A stretch of 64,000 nucleotides of DNA, taken from contig JBHGNT010000010.1 of assembly GCA_043228905.1 (NCBI GenBank), forward strand, positions 13,082,001 through 13,146,000, read 5' to 3'. The notes under the pieces were generated by a model. That model ran no database searches. It saw only the letters and a program-made list of their open reading frames with translations, and had not been told where the DNA came from. The position numbers and the translations under genes are program-made. Below, piece by piece: positions 24,947-38,438 of this stretch (within the stretch, counting starts at the first letter, position 1; each line of letters begins with the position of its first letter). This DNA comes from Azolla caroliniana (lineage: Eukaryota; Plantae; Polypodiophyta).

Positions 24947-27900
24947 CTCTCCTGCGCATATTCTCTATGTTAAGCTTCCATTGAACCTTTCTCTCTAACT
25001 GTTGCTATCTGATAGAGCCGGTTTGTAATATGCTTCCGCACGTTCACATTTACATAATATCAGAGTGTGAGGGTTGAGAACCTCTACATCCGACAAACGC
25101 TTTCGAAGACAAACCCTAATACCCGGTAAGGACAGATAGAGAAAGATATGGACAGAGGTATGGCGAGTTCACTCCCAACAGAAAAGCTTAACCAGAGCAA
25201 CTATGCGTCCTGGTCATATAAAATACACCAATACCTGCTGAGGCATGGATATTGGAGCTATGTGGAGGGAACCAATGAGGTCGCGCCGGAGCTGACACAC
25301 AAAGACTTCCCAGTATGGGAGCAAGGAGCGAGCCGAGTGTTGTACTGCCTCGCATCCTGAGTGCACGACCAGATGATCGGCTACATCAAAGATGCTAAGA
25401 CGCCGAAACAGGCCTGGGAGAACCTAAAGAAGATTTTCGCAGCAAGTACCTCTGCCCGGAAGCTCTAGCTTCGATAGGAACTAAACAATATCTGACAAAG
25501 GGATATGTCAGTTACAGACTACACCGCAAAGATAAACGAGATTTACGATGCATTAGGGTCCATTGACGTCACAGTAGACGAGGACGAAATGGTGCAAATC
25601 TGCCTCGGTGGTCTGGCTCAAAGGTACGGGCCTATCCGGACAGTTATCCTCACCCGAGAGAAACCATCGTCCTTCTTTGACTTGCAATCGATGCTAATGG
25701 TCGAAGAAAACCACGTGAGTGGGTCCAGGACCACTCAATCGGATAGCTGGATGTTGTACACGGAGGCGGATCAGCCCCGTGGGCGTGGTGGATGCGGTGG
25801 GTCGGCATGCAATGGAGGCGGCTGGCAAGAGTAGAACCGAGGGCACAGAGACGGTGCCGACAATAGTTCCGGACCCTCCACAAGCAAGGGGAGTCAAGTC
25901 GGAGCTGGAAACCGGCAGTCTAAAACAGACACGAAATGTTGGTACTATGGCAAGAAAGGCCACAAAGAAAGTGAGTGTTGGAAGAAGCGTTGTCGCGAAG
26001 ATTCACGCGTGTGTGTGCTACTCGAGCGACCACCGGGGTCTTGGATTGGGGAGGACGTTCGCGGAATTATCGAAGATTGGATGAAATTTGTTCACTTGAG
26101 AAGAAGAAAGATATGAAGAAGATAAAGATAATTATATTGATGATAGTGGTGTTGGTGATATCACATATTGAGCCCCCCCTTACACAAGCCCAACTAGAGG
26201 CTTTTATAGGTCTTTCCATGCTTGTGACATGCACAAAACCATGGGCTAAAACCATGGTTTTGTGCACACGGTTTTGCTTATGTCATGCACAAACCATGGG
26301 TTTAGAACCATGGTTTTGTGCACATGGTTTTCTATGGTTGTTTCGTCTATAATTCGTATATGAAAAGGAAATACATAAAATCTACACTATATGATAGTTG
26401 TCTTAGTGGTAAGGCAAACATCTTGTATCTTAGAGGTGCAAGGTTCAAACCTTGCTTGCACCCCTCTGTATGAACTCAAGTGCCACTAGGCCTTAGGCTT
26501 ATTTGCTAAGTGCATGTGCAATGTTGCACATCCTTGGTTTATTCGTCTCACTCGGTTTCACACCGTAGCCAAAAATCGTCATGACAGCGCGCCAATTTGG
26601 ACAAAGCCGGTCGGGAAAACCGGCAAAGCTCACACTACGCAAAAGGATTGGAAGGATCCAGAACTGGGAAGATTGGTAAAGAGGGGCAGCCTTCGTGATG
26701 AAGCACACGACTAACTCAATGAAGAAGTCTACTTCCAAATTGGAGGAATTATGGTACATTGATTCCGGAACATCCAACCACATGACGAGCCATGAAGAGT
26801 GGTTCTCTTTTTTGGAGAAACCGGAACAATCGGGGATTGTCGAAACCGGAGACAACACCCCTCACCCGATTGTGCATGTCGGAGAAGTCCCTTTAAGCCA
26901 TGTTAGACAAAAGGGGAAGCTAGTGAACGTACTACACGTTCCGACTATCACAAAGAACCTGGTGTCGGTTGGACAAATCGTCGACCAGGGGATGCAAGTG
27001 CAGTTTACACACCTCCACTGCTTCATCGAGGAAGAAGGCCGGATAATTGCGCAAGGGCATAGAGAGGGGAGGATGTTCATCCTCAACACTAATGATGTGG
27101 ACGCCGATATGTTTGCCAAAGGACAGAAGATTGAATTGGACATCGATCTCTAGCACAAGCAGATCAGCCACATCAATTACCAGAGGCTTCTGGACCTGCA
27201 ATCGAAACAAGTTGTGTTTGGTTTGCCAAAATTCAGTGGCCAGGAGGCCCAAACTTGTGAAGCCTGGTAGCTTGGGAAGCAACGCCAACTTCCATTCCGC
27301 ACCGAATGAAACTGGAGTCGTAACAAGCTCGACTTAATTCATTTGGATGTATGGGGACCGACACAAAATGCTAGTCTTGGCGGGAGTCAGTATTTCGTCT
27401 CCTTCATCGATGACTACAGCTAGCACACGTGGATCTACCTCGTCGAGAAGAAAAGCGAAGTCTTCGACTGTTTCCGGAACCTTCAAAGCTTAGTCGAAAG
27501 GGAAACGAAGAGGAAGATAAAGTGCCTGCGGTTGGATGGCGGAAAAGAATATTTTTCCAGCCAATTCAATAGTTATCTGTAGTAGAAGGGAATTCAGTGA
27601 GAATTCAACTGCAGGTACACACCGGAATAAAATGGTGTGGCCGAAAGAAAGAACCGGTCGATTGTCGACGCAACGAGGGCAATGCTGGAGGAAAAGAGCA
27701 TGCCCAAATTCTAATGGGCTGAGGCGATCCGGACGGTCGTCTACATCCAAAACTGGATCGGAGACAAGGTGTCTGCACATGAGCTATATTTCGGGCGCAT
27801 GCCGAATTTGAGGCACCTTCAGATATTCGGTAGCATAGCATATGTGCATGTACTGGATGAGAAGTAGAAGAAGCTAGATCTGAAGTCGGAGAAGTGCATC

Positions 27901-30551
27901 CTAGTCGGTTACTCGCATGAGCAGAAGGGGTATAAGTGTTATAACCCCTGGACTAAGTAGGTCCGAGTAAGTTGAGATGTCGAGTTTGATGAGTCGGCAT
28001 CATGGTACTCTCTACCGACTCTAACCTCCGACTCCAACCCGATTCCGGAAGATGAGGCTAGTGAACTCGAGGAGGTCCAGGTAGAAGGTGAAGACTTCGG
28101 CACTCTAGAAGAGAGTCCGATCTCAGTCCGGCTAAGTGGGCAGAATGAGCGGCTGAGTCGGGATGACCAGTCGGGTGAAGAACCGGTGAGTAGTGGAGAC
28201 TCTGCCGTGCTTTCCCTGCGCAAGGAACCGAGGAGACGTTTCACATGCAAAGAGAAGGGGAAGAAGAAGATGCTGGAATACGATACCGACAGTGAAGGGT
28301 TAGATCGAAGCGAGTCTAATCTCAGAAATGGAGAAGGCGGATCTTTAGAAATGAAGTCCGGAGCGGCCAAGAAGGGTCTCAAACCGGGTAATGACAAGTT
28401 ACGCCGGTCAACCCACCAGAAGAACCCCGTCATGAGGTATGGGTACAATGAGTACATGGCACATCACTATGCATACATGACTAAGGTGGCAAAAGTGCGT
28501 GAACTGGAGAGCTACGCAGAAGCAACAACAGACGCAAATTGGCTTGCTGCTATGGAGGAAGAAATGCAGGCACTAGATGCCAACGATACATGGGACCTGG
28601 TTGACCCACCCCGACAGTGCAAACCGATTGGTTGCAAGTGGGTGTACAAGGTAAAGTACAACGCCGACGGTTCGGTCAACCGGTACAAAGCCCGCTTAGT
28701 GGTGAAGGGATATGCATAGGCCCACGGAATCGACTACGACGAGACCTTCGCTACGGTAGCGAAGATGACGACGGTTCGTGTGGTACTGGCTATTGTTGCT
28801 GCAAGGGGATGACATCTTCACCAAATGGACGTGAAGAATGCATTTCTTCAAGGTGATCTTGAAGAACGGGTCTATATGATCCAACCCCCCGGTTTCCAAT
28901 CGGAGATGAACAATTCGGCAGTGTGCCGACTCAAGAAGTCGCTTTATGGTCTAAAACAAGCCCCTAGAGCTTGGAATGTGAAGATCACACACCGGTTGCA
29001 TAGGATGGGGTTGGTGGCCTATAAGCCCGACTCTTCATTGTTCATCCGGAACGGTCTGGACGGTTCGGTATGCATTTTGCTCTATGTAGATGATTTAGTC
29101 ATCACCGGACCCGGACTTGATGAAATCGACCATGTGAAGTCCCAACTGTCGGATGCATTTGAGATGAAGGGCCTGGGGGACCTTCATTATTTCCTTGGGA
29201 TCGAGGTGATCCGAACCCCCGACGACATATTATTCTCACAATGCCATTATGTGTTGAATATGTTGTACAAGTTCGGCATGATGGAATGCTGACCTATCTC
29301 CACGCCCCTGGACCGGAACCAGAAGCTTTGTCCCGACTCCAGGCTAGCCTATGATGAGAAACGGTTCCGACAAATTGTCGGAAGCCTCATATACTTCACA
29401 ATCACTCGACCTGACATTAGTTACTCGGTCGGAGTGATCAACCATTTCATGTAGAAGCCGACCGTCGAGTACCTTTAGTGCGCACACCGGATACTCTAGT
29501 ATATTAGCAGTACGAAGGACCAGGGCCTGTTATACCGACATGGTATAGCTGGGAAGCTAGTCAAATATACCGATGCCGACTGGGATGGTGATGCATCGGA
29601 TCGCTGATCCGCCTTTGGTTACATGTTTTCTCTTGGTAGTGCGGTTGTTGCGTGGAGAAGGAAAAAGCAGCCAATAGTGGCTCTGCCGAGCACTGAGGCT
29701 GAATATTGGGGCGCTACCATTACCACCTGTGAAGCCATCTGGCTTCGGCGACTGCTGCAAGACATTCGGATTGAGGTGCCGACCCCGATCCTGATCTACT
29801 GCAACAACATACGCAACATATAGCTCGCCAACAATCCTGTATTCCATGCTCGGACAAAGCACATAGAAGTGCATTATCACTTTGTGCGTTAGCGGGTCCT
29901 GAGCGGTGAAGTTGAACTTTGGTATGTTCACACGGATCGGCAAGCTGCCGATATCTTCACCAAGCCACTCGGATTAGACAAGTTGCAACACTTTTCGGAG
30001 ATGCTCGGCATTCAGCGTCTCGACGTGCCATACTTGAGGGGGAGAATAGGAACATGAACGAGAACGGATGACACTAGACAAGGAGCCGGAGAGGAAGAAA
30101 GAACCATGGGCGGAGATGAGCATATAGAGGAAGCTGAGTTGACTGAAGGAGTCGGCACATCCGAACAAGTCGGAGCAAATGACAGCGGCGGCAGAGTCAA
30201 GAAGGACAGAACCGACCGGAAGAAGGCCAAGACCCATACGTGGTCCGATGTGGTGAAGGGCCTAAACACGGAAGATGAGTTGGAGCCTACCAACTCGAAC
30301 AAGAACTGGAATGAATCGGAGACTGTCGATTCGGTTCAACAGATGGATTCGGAAGAGCCGGATCTACTAAATGCCAAACGGACATGAATGCAACGGAAGT
30401 TGACACCGAAACGGAGGAACCAATGGGTTGACAAGCGCCGAAGTCGTAGCAGTGTGTAGGATCTATGTATCGATGGAGTTAACTCCTCGATGTCGTTCGC
30501 GGAGTTTGGACCGGCGTATACCCTTTTGATGGCAAATCGGGCGGAAATGGT
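24947..30551 (+). mobile_element. Decayed Ty1/copia element A (partial 5' LTR, degenerate Met PBS, gag-pol); contains a solo LTR
   Basis: R/U5 24947-25054 matches 45995-46118 and 48460-48588; PBS TAATATCAGAGTG 25055; gag from 25148; PR WYIDSGTSNHMT; [23 protein letters not shown]; RNase H; numerous TAG/TGA stops. Confidence 0.9.
25991..26586 (-). repeat. Solo LTR of a gypsy family (inverted copy of 33513-34161)
   Basis: TGTC...GACA termini, 4-bp TSD GCGT/GCGC; copia gag resumes after it. Confidence 0.85.
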
Positions 30552-31034
30552 TGTCGGACACCTCCGAGCCTCACACTCAATGATTAATAGATGAATAAGC
30601 ACGATATCTCTCTCACTCTCTCAAACTCGCTCTCATAGACAATAGGGTAATGAATGAAGACAATAAGAATAATGAATATGTTGTTAACCCTCTTTGCTAA
30701 GAGGTCTAGCACCAACAAGGAAGAGAGATTAGTGTTCTCTAACTAAACACCTCACCAATCTCTCTTAAGCTTAAAGGTTACAAGGAGGAGAGGAAGCTCT
30801 AGCTCTTAATCAATAGGGAGATCTTTACAAATGGAAGAACCCTTACAAAGCCACCACCATGTGGTTTATATAACATTTACATTTAGGGTATGGACCTTTC
30901 ACACTTTGATGTCCCTCAACCCTCAACCCTCTTTCCTCTTGCCATTCTCTCTTCGTAGGTCCTTTAGCCATAATACATCCTTGTTGATGCACTCTTCTTC
31001 ATTATCAGTCGTGGTGTGATCCAAGCGCTTAACA
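30552..31034 (-). repeat. 3' LTR of an unclassified LTR element
   Basis: Minus-strand PPT AGGTTGGGGGGA then TGTTAAGCGC at 31034; ends TCCGACA at 30552; TATATAAA near 30866. Confidence 0.7.
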
Positions 31035-31580
31035 TCCCCCCCAACCTAATGAGTGCACACTCCTGGCTGCACTGTGGGAGGGGAGATTCGGGCATCGGGG
31101 GCGGGAAAGATAGAGAAGGGGGGTTCGTCAAGGGGTGGTCGGTGGCGAGTTCATGGGCCCACTGGACTAGTTGAGGATCGAGTGCCCAGTTGACAAACTC
31201 ACCGGTGATACGGTTGATGGCGTCGGTGTCACCAATCTGGGCGATGACACTACAACGATCGTGGAGGTGGGGGGGGGGATTTTGGTGAAACGCCAACCTT
31301 CGCGTTCGGAATACTCAGAGTAGGCGGCGAGGATGATGTTGGGGATGATGCCATGGGCCTTCGTGGTGCAGAAGGGAACGCCATCCACCGGTAAATGTAG
31401 CGTAGTGCAAACGTCGGCGGCGTTGAACTAGAACTCGACAGGGGTAGCATCCGTAAAGGCGTGCATGCGAACGTGGATGGTATTGGGGTTGTATCCTGTG
31501 AGGAACTGGCTGACTAGCTCGGGAAGTACACCCTAAAGGCCAATCCCGAGGAAGAACTTGAGATCCGGTAGGTACAACAG
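31035..31580 (-). pseudogene. Decayed accessory (env-position) ORF of unclassified LTR element, 3' part
   Basis: Lies directly upstream of the PPT; continues from 44746 across the gypsy insertion; reads LKFFLGIGL*GVLPELVSQFLTGYN...FNAADVCTTLHLPVDG. Confidence 0.5.
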
Positions 31581-32221
31581 TGTCGTGGAGAAAACCGTCC
31601 CTAGGCGGAAACCGGGTATAACGTGCGTAAACCGACCCTTACACGTGGGCACAAGTTTTGTTGTATAGTACGCAGATAGGTACAAGTCGGCTGAGGTGAA
31701 ATCCTAGGTAGCATGCATTCATTAGGGAGAAAATCGAGGCGTATCCCTGTCCAAAAGGACAAGGAATAAACATGATGTAACGGCCTCCCTCCTTGGGCTA
31801 TAAAAGAGAGGGAGAGGTATTGTAAATAGATCGCGTTTTGTGGAGGACGAAGTGCTGCTAGACTGGAACTTAGCTCTTCTCCTCTGTCTTCTCCATAGTC
31901 ATTCTATGCAAGTTTTTGGGAGGCTGACTCTGATCCGCGGAATGCCCGAGTGCTTCTGGTAGAGTCTCCATCTCGCGTTCTGTGTGTGTGTGCACAGGCG
32001 TCAGAGCCTATCACTCGCCGGCTTGCCGGTTGTAACTCCTTGGTTTATATATACATATACATTCGTTCTGTCTCCATTGTTCAACTCCTGTGAATCAGTG
32101 TGTCTGTGCGCGTGTGAAGTACATTGGTAGTTTCCTTCCCCTCTTCTCATTCGGTTATTTCTCGGTTCAAGGCCCCCGTGGTCCCGCCTCGTTCTCCACG
32201 CACGCGCGTAACAACGCGACA
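31581..32221 (+). repeat. Gypsy 5' LTR
   Basis: Direct repeat of 44157-44745 with an extra ~60-bp segment near 31992-32058. Confidence 0.92.
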
Positions 32222-32265
32222 TATTTGGTGAACTCGACGTGAGCAGGCAGCAAAGGAATAGAAAG

Positions 32266-32809
32266 ATGAGAGGGTCGGATCTTGCAGAAGCCATGGCTTC
32301 GGTTGTGGATCGGATAGTGAGTGCGCGCGGAGGCACAGGCGCCCTCGATAGGGCTATTGAGGCAGTCGTCGGCACATATAGGCCGGTTCGGTGGGAAGGA
32401 CGCCACGAGCTATTTGGAGGCTTATCGAGCTGAAATGGTGATGAGGGACATCCGGAGGACAGACGACTGGCCGGATTCCCTCGGGTGGCGATGTCGGGCA
32501 TCCACGCGGAGGTGCTTGAGGTACGGGCTGAGAGTCGAACCTGGGAAGAGTTTGAAGGTCGGCTCCTTGAAAAATACGGGCTTGATGACGCGCTTCGGCT
32601 ATCGAAGCGGGACTTCATGGAATGGGTGGAGACCCCCGAAAAGGGGAGAAACGTATCGGTGCTCCTTCGGAAGTTTGAAGAACGCTTCACACATCTTTCG
32701 GCGCTGGACCGAACCGTACTGGACACAAGTCGTGTCCTATTGTTCGTTAGATTGGTGGACGTAAGGGACCGGGAGCAAGTGAGCTTCCTGCTGGAGACCG
32801 ATGACGGCC
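32266..32809 (+). pseudogene. Gypsy gag, N-terminal part (split by copia B)
   Basis: Frameshifted gag-like peptide (RFGGKDATSYLEAY; TWEEFEGRLLEKY); resumes at 39029. Confidence 0.75.
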
Positions 32810-33348
32810 TGTTGAGAATCAAGCTCAACTTGGTCTAGTGTGTGAACTCACCTTGAGAGTGAAGAGACACTCCAACGGTCAAGAGTCACCATTATGTCAC
32901 CACTTTGTATTCTAGCATTTAGTATGAGTCATAGAATCATATTCTATGACACATAACTTATGAGCTTTCACATTCCCCATGCTCCATGAGGCTTGTAGTT
33001 AATGAAGAGAGAGGGTGACTACATAAAGCACCCTCCTCCCACCGTGTATAATGTTGAGTCTTTCTCCTTTGTTAATACACTCTTACCTTGCGTATTCTTT
33101 GTGTTTCTCTCTCTCTCCCTCTCTCTCTTACACACACACACATAACTCACATCTCTTCTGCTTCACAAGAATCCATCTCTTGATTCTTTACATGGTATCA
33201 GAGCGATTTGGTAGCTCGATCTAGCCCATTCGCCTCATCGTGATCGTGTGTTGTGCTCCACGCCGACGACCAAGAACCGGCTCATCACTATCGTAGCTTC
33301 GCTACATAGCTCGCATTCAAAGAGAGAAGAAGAAGAAGAATCGACATA

Positions 33349-36300
33349 ATGAATACTCAAATGGGGAGCACTCTCCCTACCAAGAAGTTGGATCGAAACA
33401 ACTTCGCATCTTGGGAGTACAAGATGCACCAATACCTTGTCGGACAAGGTTATTGGAGCTACATCAAAGGAGCGCATGAAGACAGACCCGCCGAAGCGGC
33501 TCCCGGATACGATGTCGTGACGATTTTCGGCTACGGTGTGAAACCGAGTGAGACGAATAAACCAAGGATGTGCAACATTGCACATACACTTAGAAAATAA
33601 GCCTCCTAAGGCCTAGTTGCACTTGAGTTCATACAGAGGGGTGCAAGCAAGGTTTGAACCTTGCACCTCTAAGATACAAGATAATTGCCTTACCACTAGA
33701 ACAACTATCATATAGTGTAGATCTTATGTATTTCCTTTTCATATACAAATTATAGACGAAACAACCATAGAAAACCATGTGCACAAAACCATGGTTTTAA
33801 ACCCATGGTTTGTGCATGACATAAGCAAACCCGTGTGCACAAAACCATGGTTTTAGCCCATGGTTATGTGCATGTCACAAGCATGGAAAGACCTATAAAA
33901 GCCTCTAGTTGGGCTTGTGTAAGGGGGGCTCAATATGTGATATCACCAACACCACTATCATCAATATAATTATATTTGTCTTTATCATCTTCATATTTTT
34001 CTACTTCTCAAGTGTACAATCTTTCTTCTTCTCAAGTAAACCAATTTCATCTAATCTTACATTGATCGTCATCTAGCGTCGATAATTCCGCGAACGTCCT
34101 CCCCAGTCCAAGACCCCGGTGGTCGCTCGAGTAGCACACGCACGCGCGAATCTTCACGACAACGCAACATGGGAGCAAGCCGCAAGCCGCATGATGTATT
34201 GTTTGGCAACATGTGTTCACGACCACATGCTCGGTTACATTCGAGAAGCCAAGACGCCGAAGGAAGCGTGGGAAAACCTACGAAAGATTTTCGCTGCCAA
34301 CACGACCGCGAGGAAGCTTCAACTCCGCCAAGAGTTGAACAACATTCAACAAAGGGATATGTCTATCACGACATACACCTTGAAGATCAAGGAGCTTTGC
34401 GACTCGCTTGGCTCAATAAGCGTAAGTATAGATGATGATGAGATGGTGCAAATATGCCTCGACGGCCTCGCACCATGGTTCGGCGCAATGCGAACTGCCG
34501 TTCTAGCATGGGAGAAATCTCCCTCCTTCTTCGAGCTCCAATCAATGCTATTAGTCGAAGAAAACCACGTGCGTACAAGGAGCAATGAGTCGGAAGGCCA
34601 CATGCTCTACACGCACTCTAATGGAGGAAGAGGACGCAGACGAGCGAGAGGCCGATTTTGCCAAGGACAAGGACCTACGACAACAACTCCCAATTTCGGC
34701 CGCAAAACGGAGGCCAATGAGGAACCTTCGCAAGAAGGGGGAGCTTCCGCTCCAGCCCGAGCCGTCAAAACGCAACCGAATGCGGATATTGCGGTAAGCT
34801 TGGCCACCACGAAGAAGAGTGCCGAAAGAAGATGCGTGAATCGGCTTCCACAAGCCGACAACTCACGAATTACGCGCACAATTCCGACTACGAAGAGTAT
34901 AGCGGAATGTACGGGCACAACTCCGACTACGAGGATCGTGGCGGAATGTACGCATACAACTCCGACCGTGGCAGAATGTTCATGATGAAACATAGAGCAA
35001 AGTCTATGTCGACCTCTACCTCAACTAGTGCCCTCAATCCGGAGGACGTATGGTTTGTTGACTCCAGAGCCTCAAACCATATGACATCCCCCAAAGAATG
35101 GTTTCTCGAACTTCGAGAGCCGGAGCGACCCGGTTATGTCGAAACCGGAGATGACACTACGCACCCGATTCGGCACATCGGCAATGTTCCGTTCGGCGAA
35201 AGAGGTAAGCAAACATACATTAAAAATGTCTTGCATGTACCCACCATCACAAAGAATTTGGTCTCGGTCGGCCAAATGGTTGAGCAAGGGATGCAAGTAC
35301 GATTCGACCAAGAAGGGTGCTTCATCGAAAAAGAAGGCTGAATCATCGCACGCGGAAGAAGAGAGGGCCGGATGTTCATTCTCGATTCGCACGAGATGAA
35401 ATCCGCCATGTTCGCGAAAAGCACGAAAGTCGACTCCGACATAGAGCTATAGCATAAGCGAATCGGCCACATCAATCTCAACAAACTCAAATCAATGAAA
35501 TCGAAAGGAGTCGTCATCGGACTCCCGACATTCAAAGAGAAGGAGATTGAAGGTGTATGCGAAGTGTGCCAATTCGGCAAGCAACATCGACACCCATTTC
35601 CGAAGGAGCGGAATGTGAGCAAAGGCGTACTCGACGTAATTCATTCCGATGTATGGGGTCTGGCTCAAACGGCGACATTCGGCGGATGCCGATATTACGT
35701 GCTCTTCATCGACGACTTTTCTAGGCACACTTGGATCTACCCGATGCGGCAAAAGAGCGAAGTGTTCGAACACTTCCAAAATTTCAAGAATGAAGTCGAG
35801 AAAGCCACGGGCCGACATGTACGATGCCTTCGATCGGATGGCGGCAAGGAGTACTTCTCGGACGATTTCATGAAGTATCTCCGAAAGGAAGGAATTCGGC
35901 GAGAATTCACTTGCCGACACACTCCGCAACAAAACGGAGTAGCCGAGCGCAAAAATCGGCACATCCTCGAAGTAGCGCGGGCCATGATGAACGAGAAGCA
36001 TATGCCCAAGTCATATTGGGCCGAGGCAGCAAATACGGTCGTCTACCTAATGAACCGGTGCACAACATCCGGCGTGCACGAGGTCACTCCGCACGAAAGA
36101 TTCTTCGGAAAGAAGCCAAACCTATCACATGTTCGGACATTCGGCTCCATTGCGTACGTGCACATCCCCGACGAGAAGCGTCAAAAGCTCAACCCGAAGT
36201 CGGAGAAATGTATCCTCGTAGGATACTCACTGGAGCAAAAGGGGTACAAGTGCTACAACCCCTCAACTCGAAAATCTCGGGTAAGTCGAGACGTCGTCTT

Positions 36301-38308
36301 TGATGAGTCCACATCCTGGTACGCACCAGAGACAACTTCAACTCCGACCCTGCTCGACCCGGAATCCACCGAACAAGAGATAGAGGATGAAGATCATCTT
36401 ACGTGCATGTTCGAAGAAAGTCCGATCACGACCCGACTGAGCGGACCACAAGAGCCTTTGAGCGATCAAAGCACATCACGGCTTAGCCCAAAGATGGAAA
36501 AAGGCAAGGCAAAAATGGTGGAATATGAAGACGATCGCTTCGACGACGATGAATTGACTCACTCTCTCGACAGTGAGTTCGGCGGTTTCGAGGTACCAAT
36601 CGGAACCAAGAAAGCCCTCATCTCTGCAAATGAAAAGCTCCGCTGATCCACTCGTGAAAAGAACCCCGTAAGGCGATTCAGATACAACGATTATATGGCG
36701 TACCATTACGCCTTTATGATGAAGGTAGCGACAGTACGGGAGCCGGAAACCTTTTCGGAAGCCGCAAAGGACCCACGATGGATCGAAGCAATGAACGAAG
36801 AGATGCAGGCACTACGGAAGAACGAGACGTGGGATCTCGTTCCCACCTCACCATACAAAAAGGCGATCGGATGCAGATGGATCTACAAGGTGAAGTATAA
36901 CGCCGATGGCTCCGTAAACCGCTACAAAGCTCGACTCGTAGCAAAAGGATACGCTCAGACGCATGGCGTTGACTACGAAGAGACCTTTGCCCCGGTGGCA
37001 AAGATGACAACGGTGCGGACCGTAATTGTGCTTGCCGCGGCGAAAGGGTGGCACCTCCATCAAATGGACGTCAAGAACGCCTTTCTACAAGGCGAATTAG
37101 AAGAGGAGGTGTACATGATCCAACCACCCGGCTTCAACTCGAGCACCCATCCGAAAGCTGTATGCCGACTCAAGAAGCCACTCTACGGCCTCAAGCAAGC
37201 ACCGCGTGCTTGGCATTAGAAGATAACACAATATCTTCATCAAATCGGCTTCCGTATGTCAAAATCGGACAACTCCCTCTACATACGAAGCGATTCCGCA
37301 AGTCTGATCGTCATCATTTTATATGTGGATGACCTAGTCATTGGAGGTGAGCATCTCGTCGAAATCAATAAAGTCAAATCCCTCCTTTCCGACAAGTTCG
37401 AGATGACGGACATGAAGGAGCTCCACTACTTCCTCGGCATCGAGGTAACTCGGACTCCGACCGGAATCATGATCTCTCAACGACACTACATCCTCAACTT
37501 GTTATACAAGTTCGGGATGGCTGAGTGCAAATCCGTGGCAACCCCGCTCGATCGTAATCTCAAACTAGATGCGAACTCCGGCACCAAAGTGTGTGAGCCG
37601 ACTCAGTATCAGCAACTCATCGGGAGTCTCATCTACCTCACGATCACACGACCCAATCTCAGTTATCCGGTCGGTCTCCTTAGCCAATTCATGCAAACAC
37701 TGCGTGATACTCACTTGGATTGCACTAAGCGAGTTCTACGATACATTTGCGGCACAATCGATTACGGCATCCTCTACAAGACCACAATGCCAATACGACT
37801 TGAGGGGTACACAGATGCCGGTTGGGCCGGCTACAAAGCTGATAGAAGATCAACCTCCGTATTTGTTTTCTCCCTCGGCAGCGCAGCAATATCCTGGAGT
37901 AGCAAGAAGCAGCCCACCGTCGCTCTTTTGAGTACGGAGGCGGAATACAGGGGCGCAGCCGCAGCTGCGTGTGAAGCCGTATGGGTCAAGAGGATTTTGA
38001 AGGATCTGGGCATACCCATCAAGGATCCGACTTCCCTTTACTGCGACAACATGAGCAGTATCTATTTGGCTCGGAACCCGGTGTTCCACGCGCGGACAAA
38101 GCACATCGAAGTGCACTATCACTTCATCTGAGAGCGCGTTCTGGCTGGCGATGTCGACCTACAACACATAAGCACCAATCTTCAAACGGTTGACATCTTC
38201 ACTAAAGCCTTAGGAGCCGATAAGCTATGGCAATTCATGACCGATCTCGGATTGACGATCCCTGACCTGCCAAGCTTGAGGGGGAGTACTGAAGACACTA
38301 CGCAATAA
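33349..38308 (+). pseudogene. Copia gag-pol polyprotein (disrupted)
   Basis: ORFs 33349, 34119, 34832 (PR WFVDSRASNHMT), 35495 (INT IHSDVWG, SDGGKEY, QQNGVAERKNR), 36695 and 37256 (RT YVDD, RNase H). Confidence 0.92.
33513..34161 (+). repeat. Solo LTR of a gypsy family inserted in copia B gag
   Basis: TGTCGTG...CACGACA; flanks ACGA/ACGC; TATA CTATAAAA near 33893; 3' end resembles the LTR end of element 31581-44745. Confidence 0.87.
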
Positions 38309-38438
38309 CGCGTAGATTCTACAACCACGCAACGTAGCAGTGAAGAGCTGATCTACCGCGCAAAGCCGTGAAGAAAGACACAAGCCGAAGCACAGACTTC
38401 GTAACTACGCACAACGCAAGCTGGAGCACGGATTCCGC

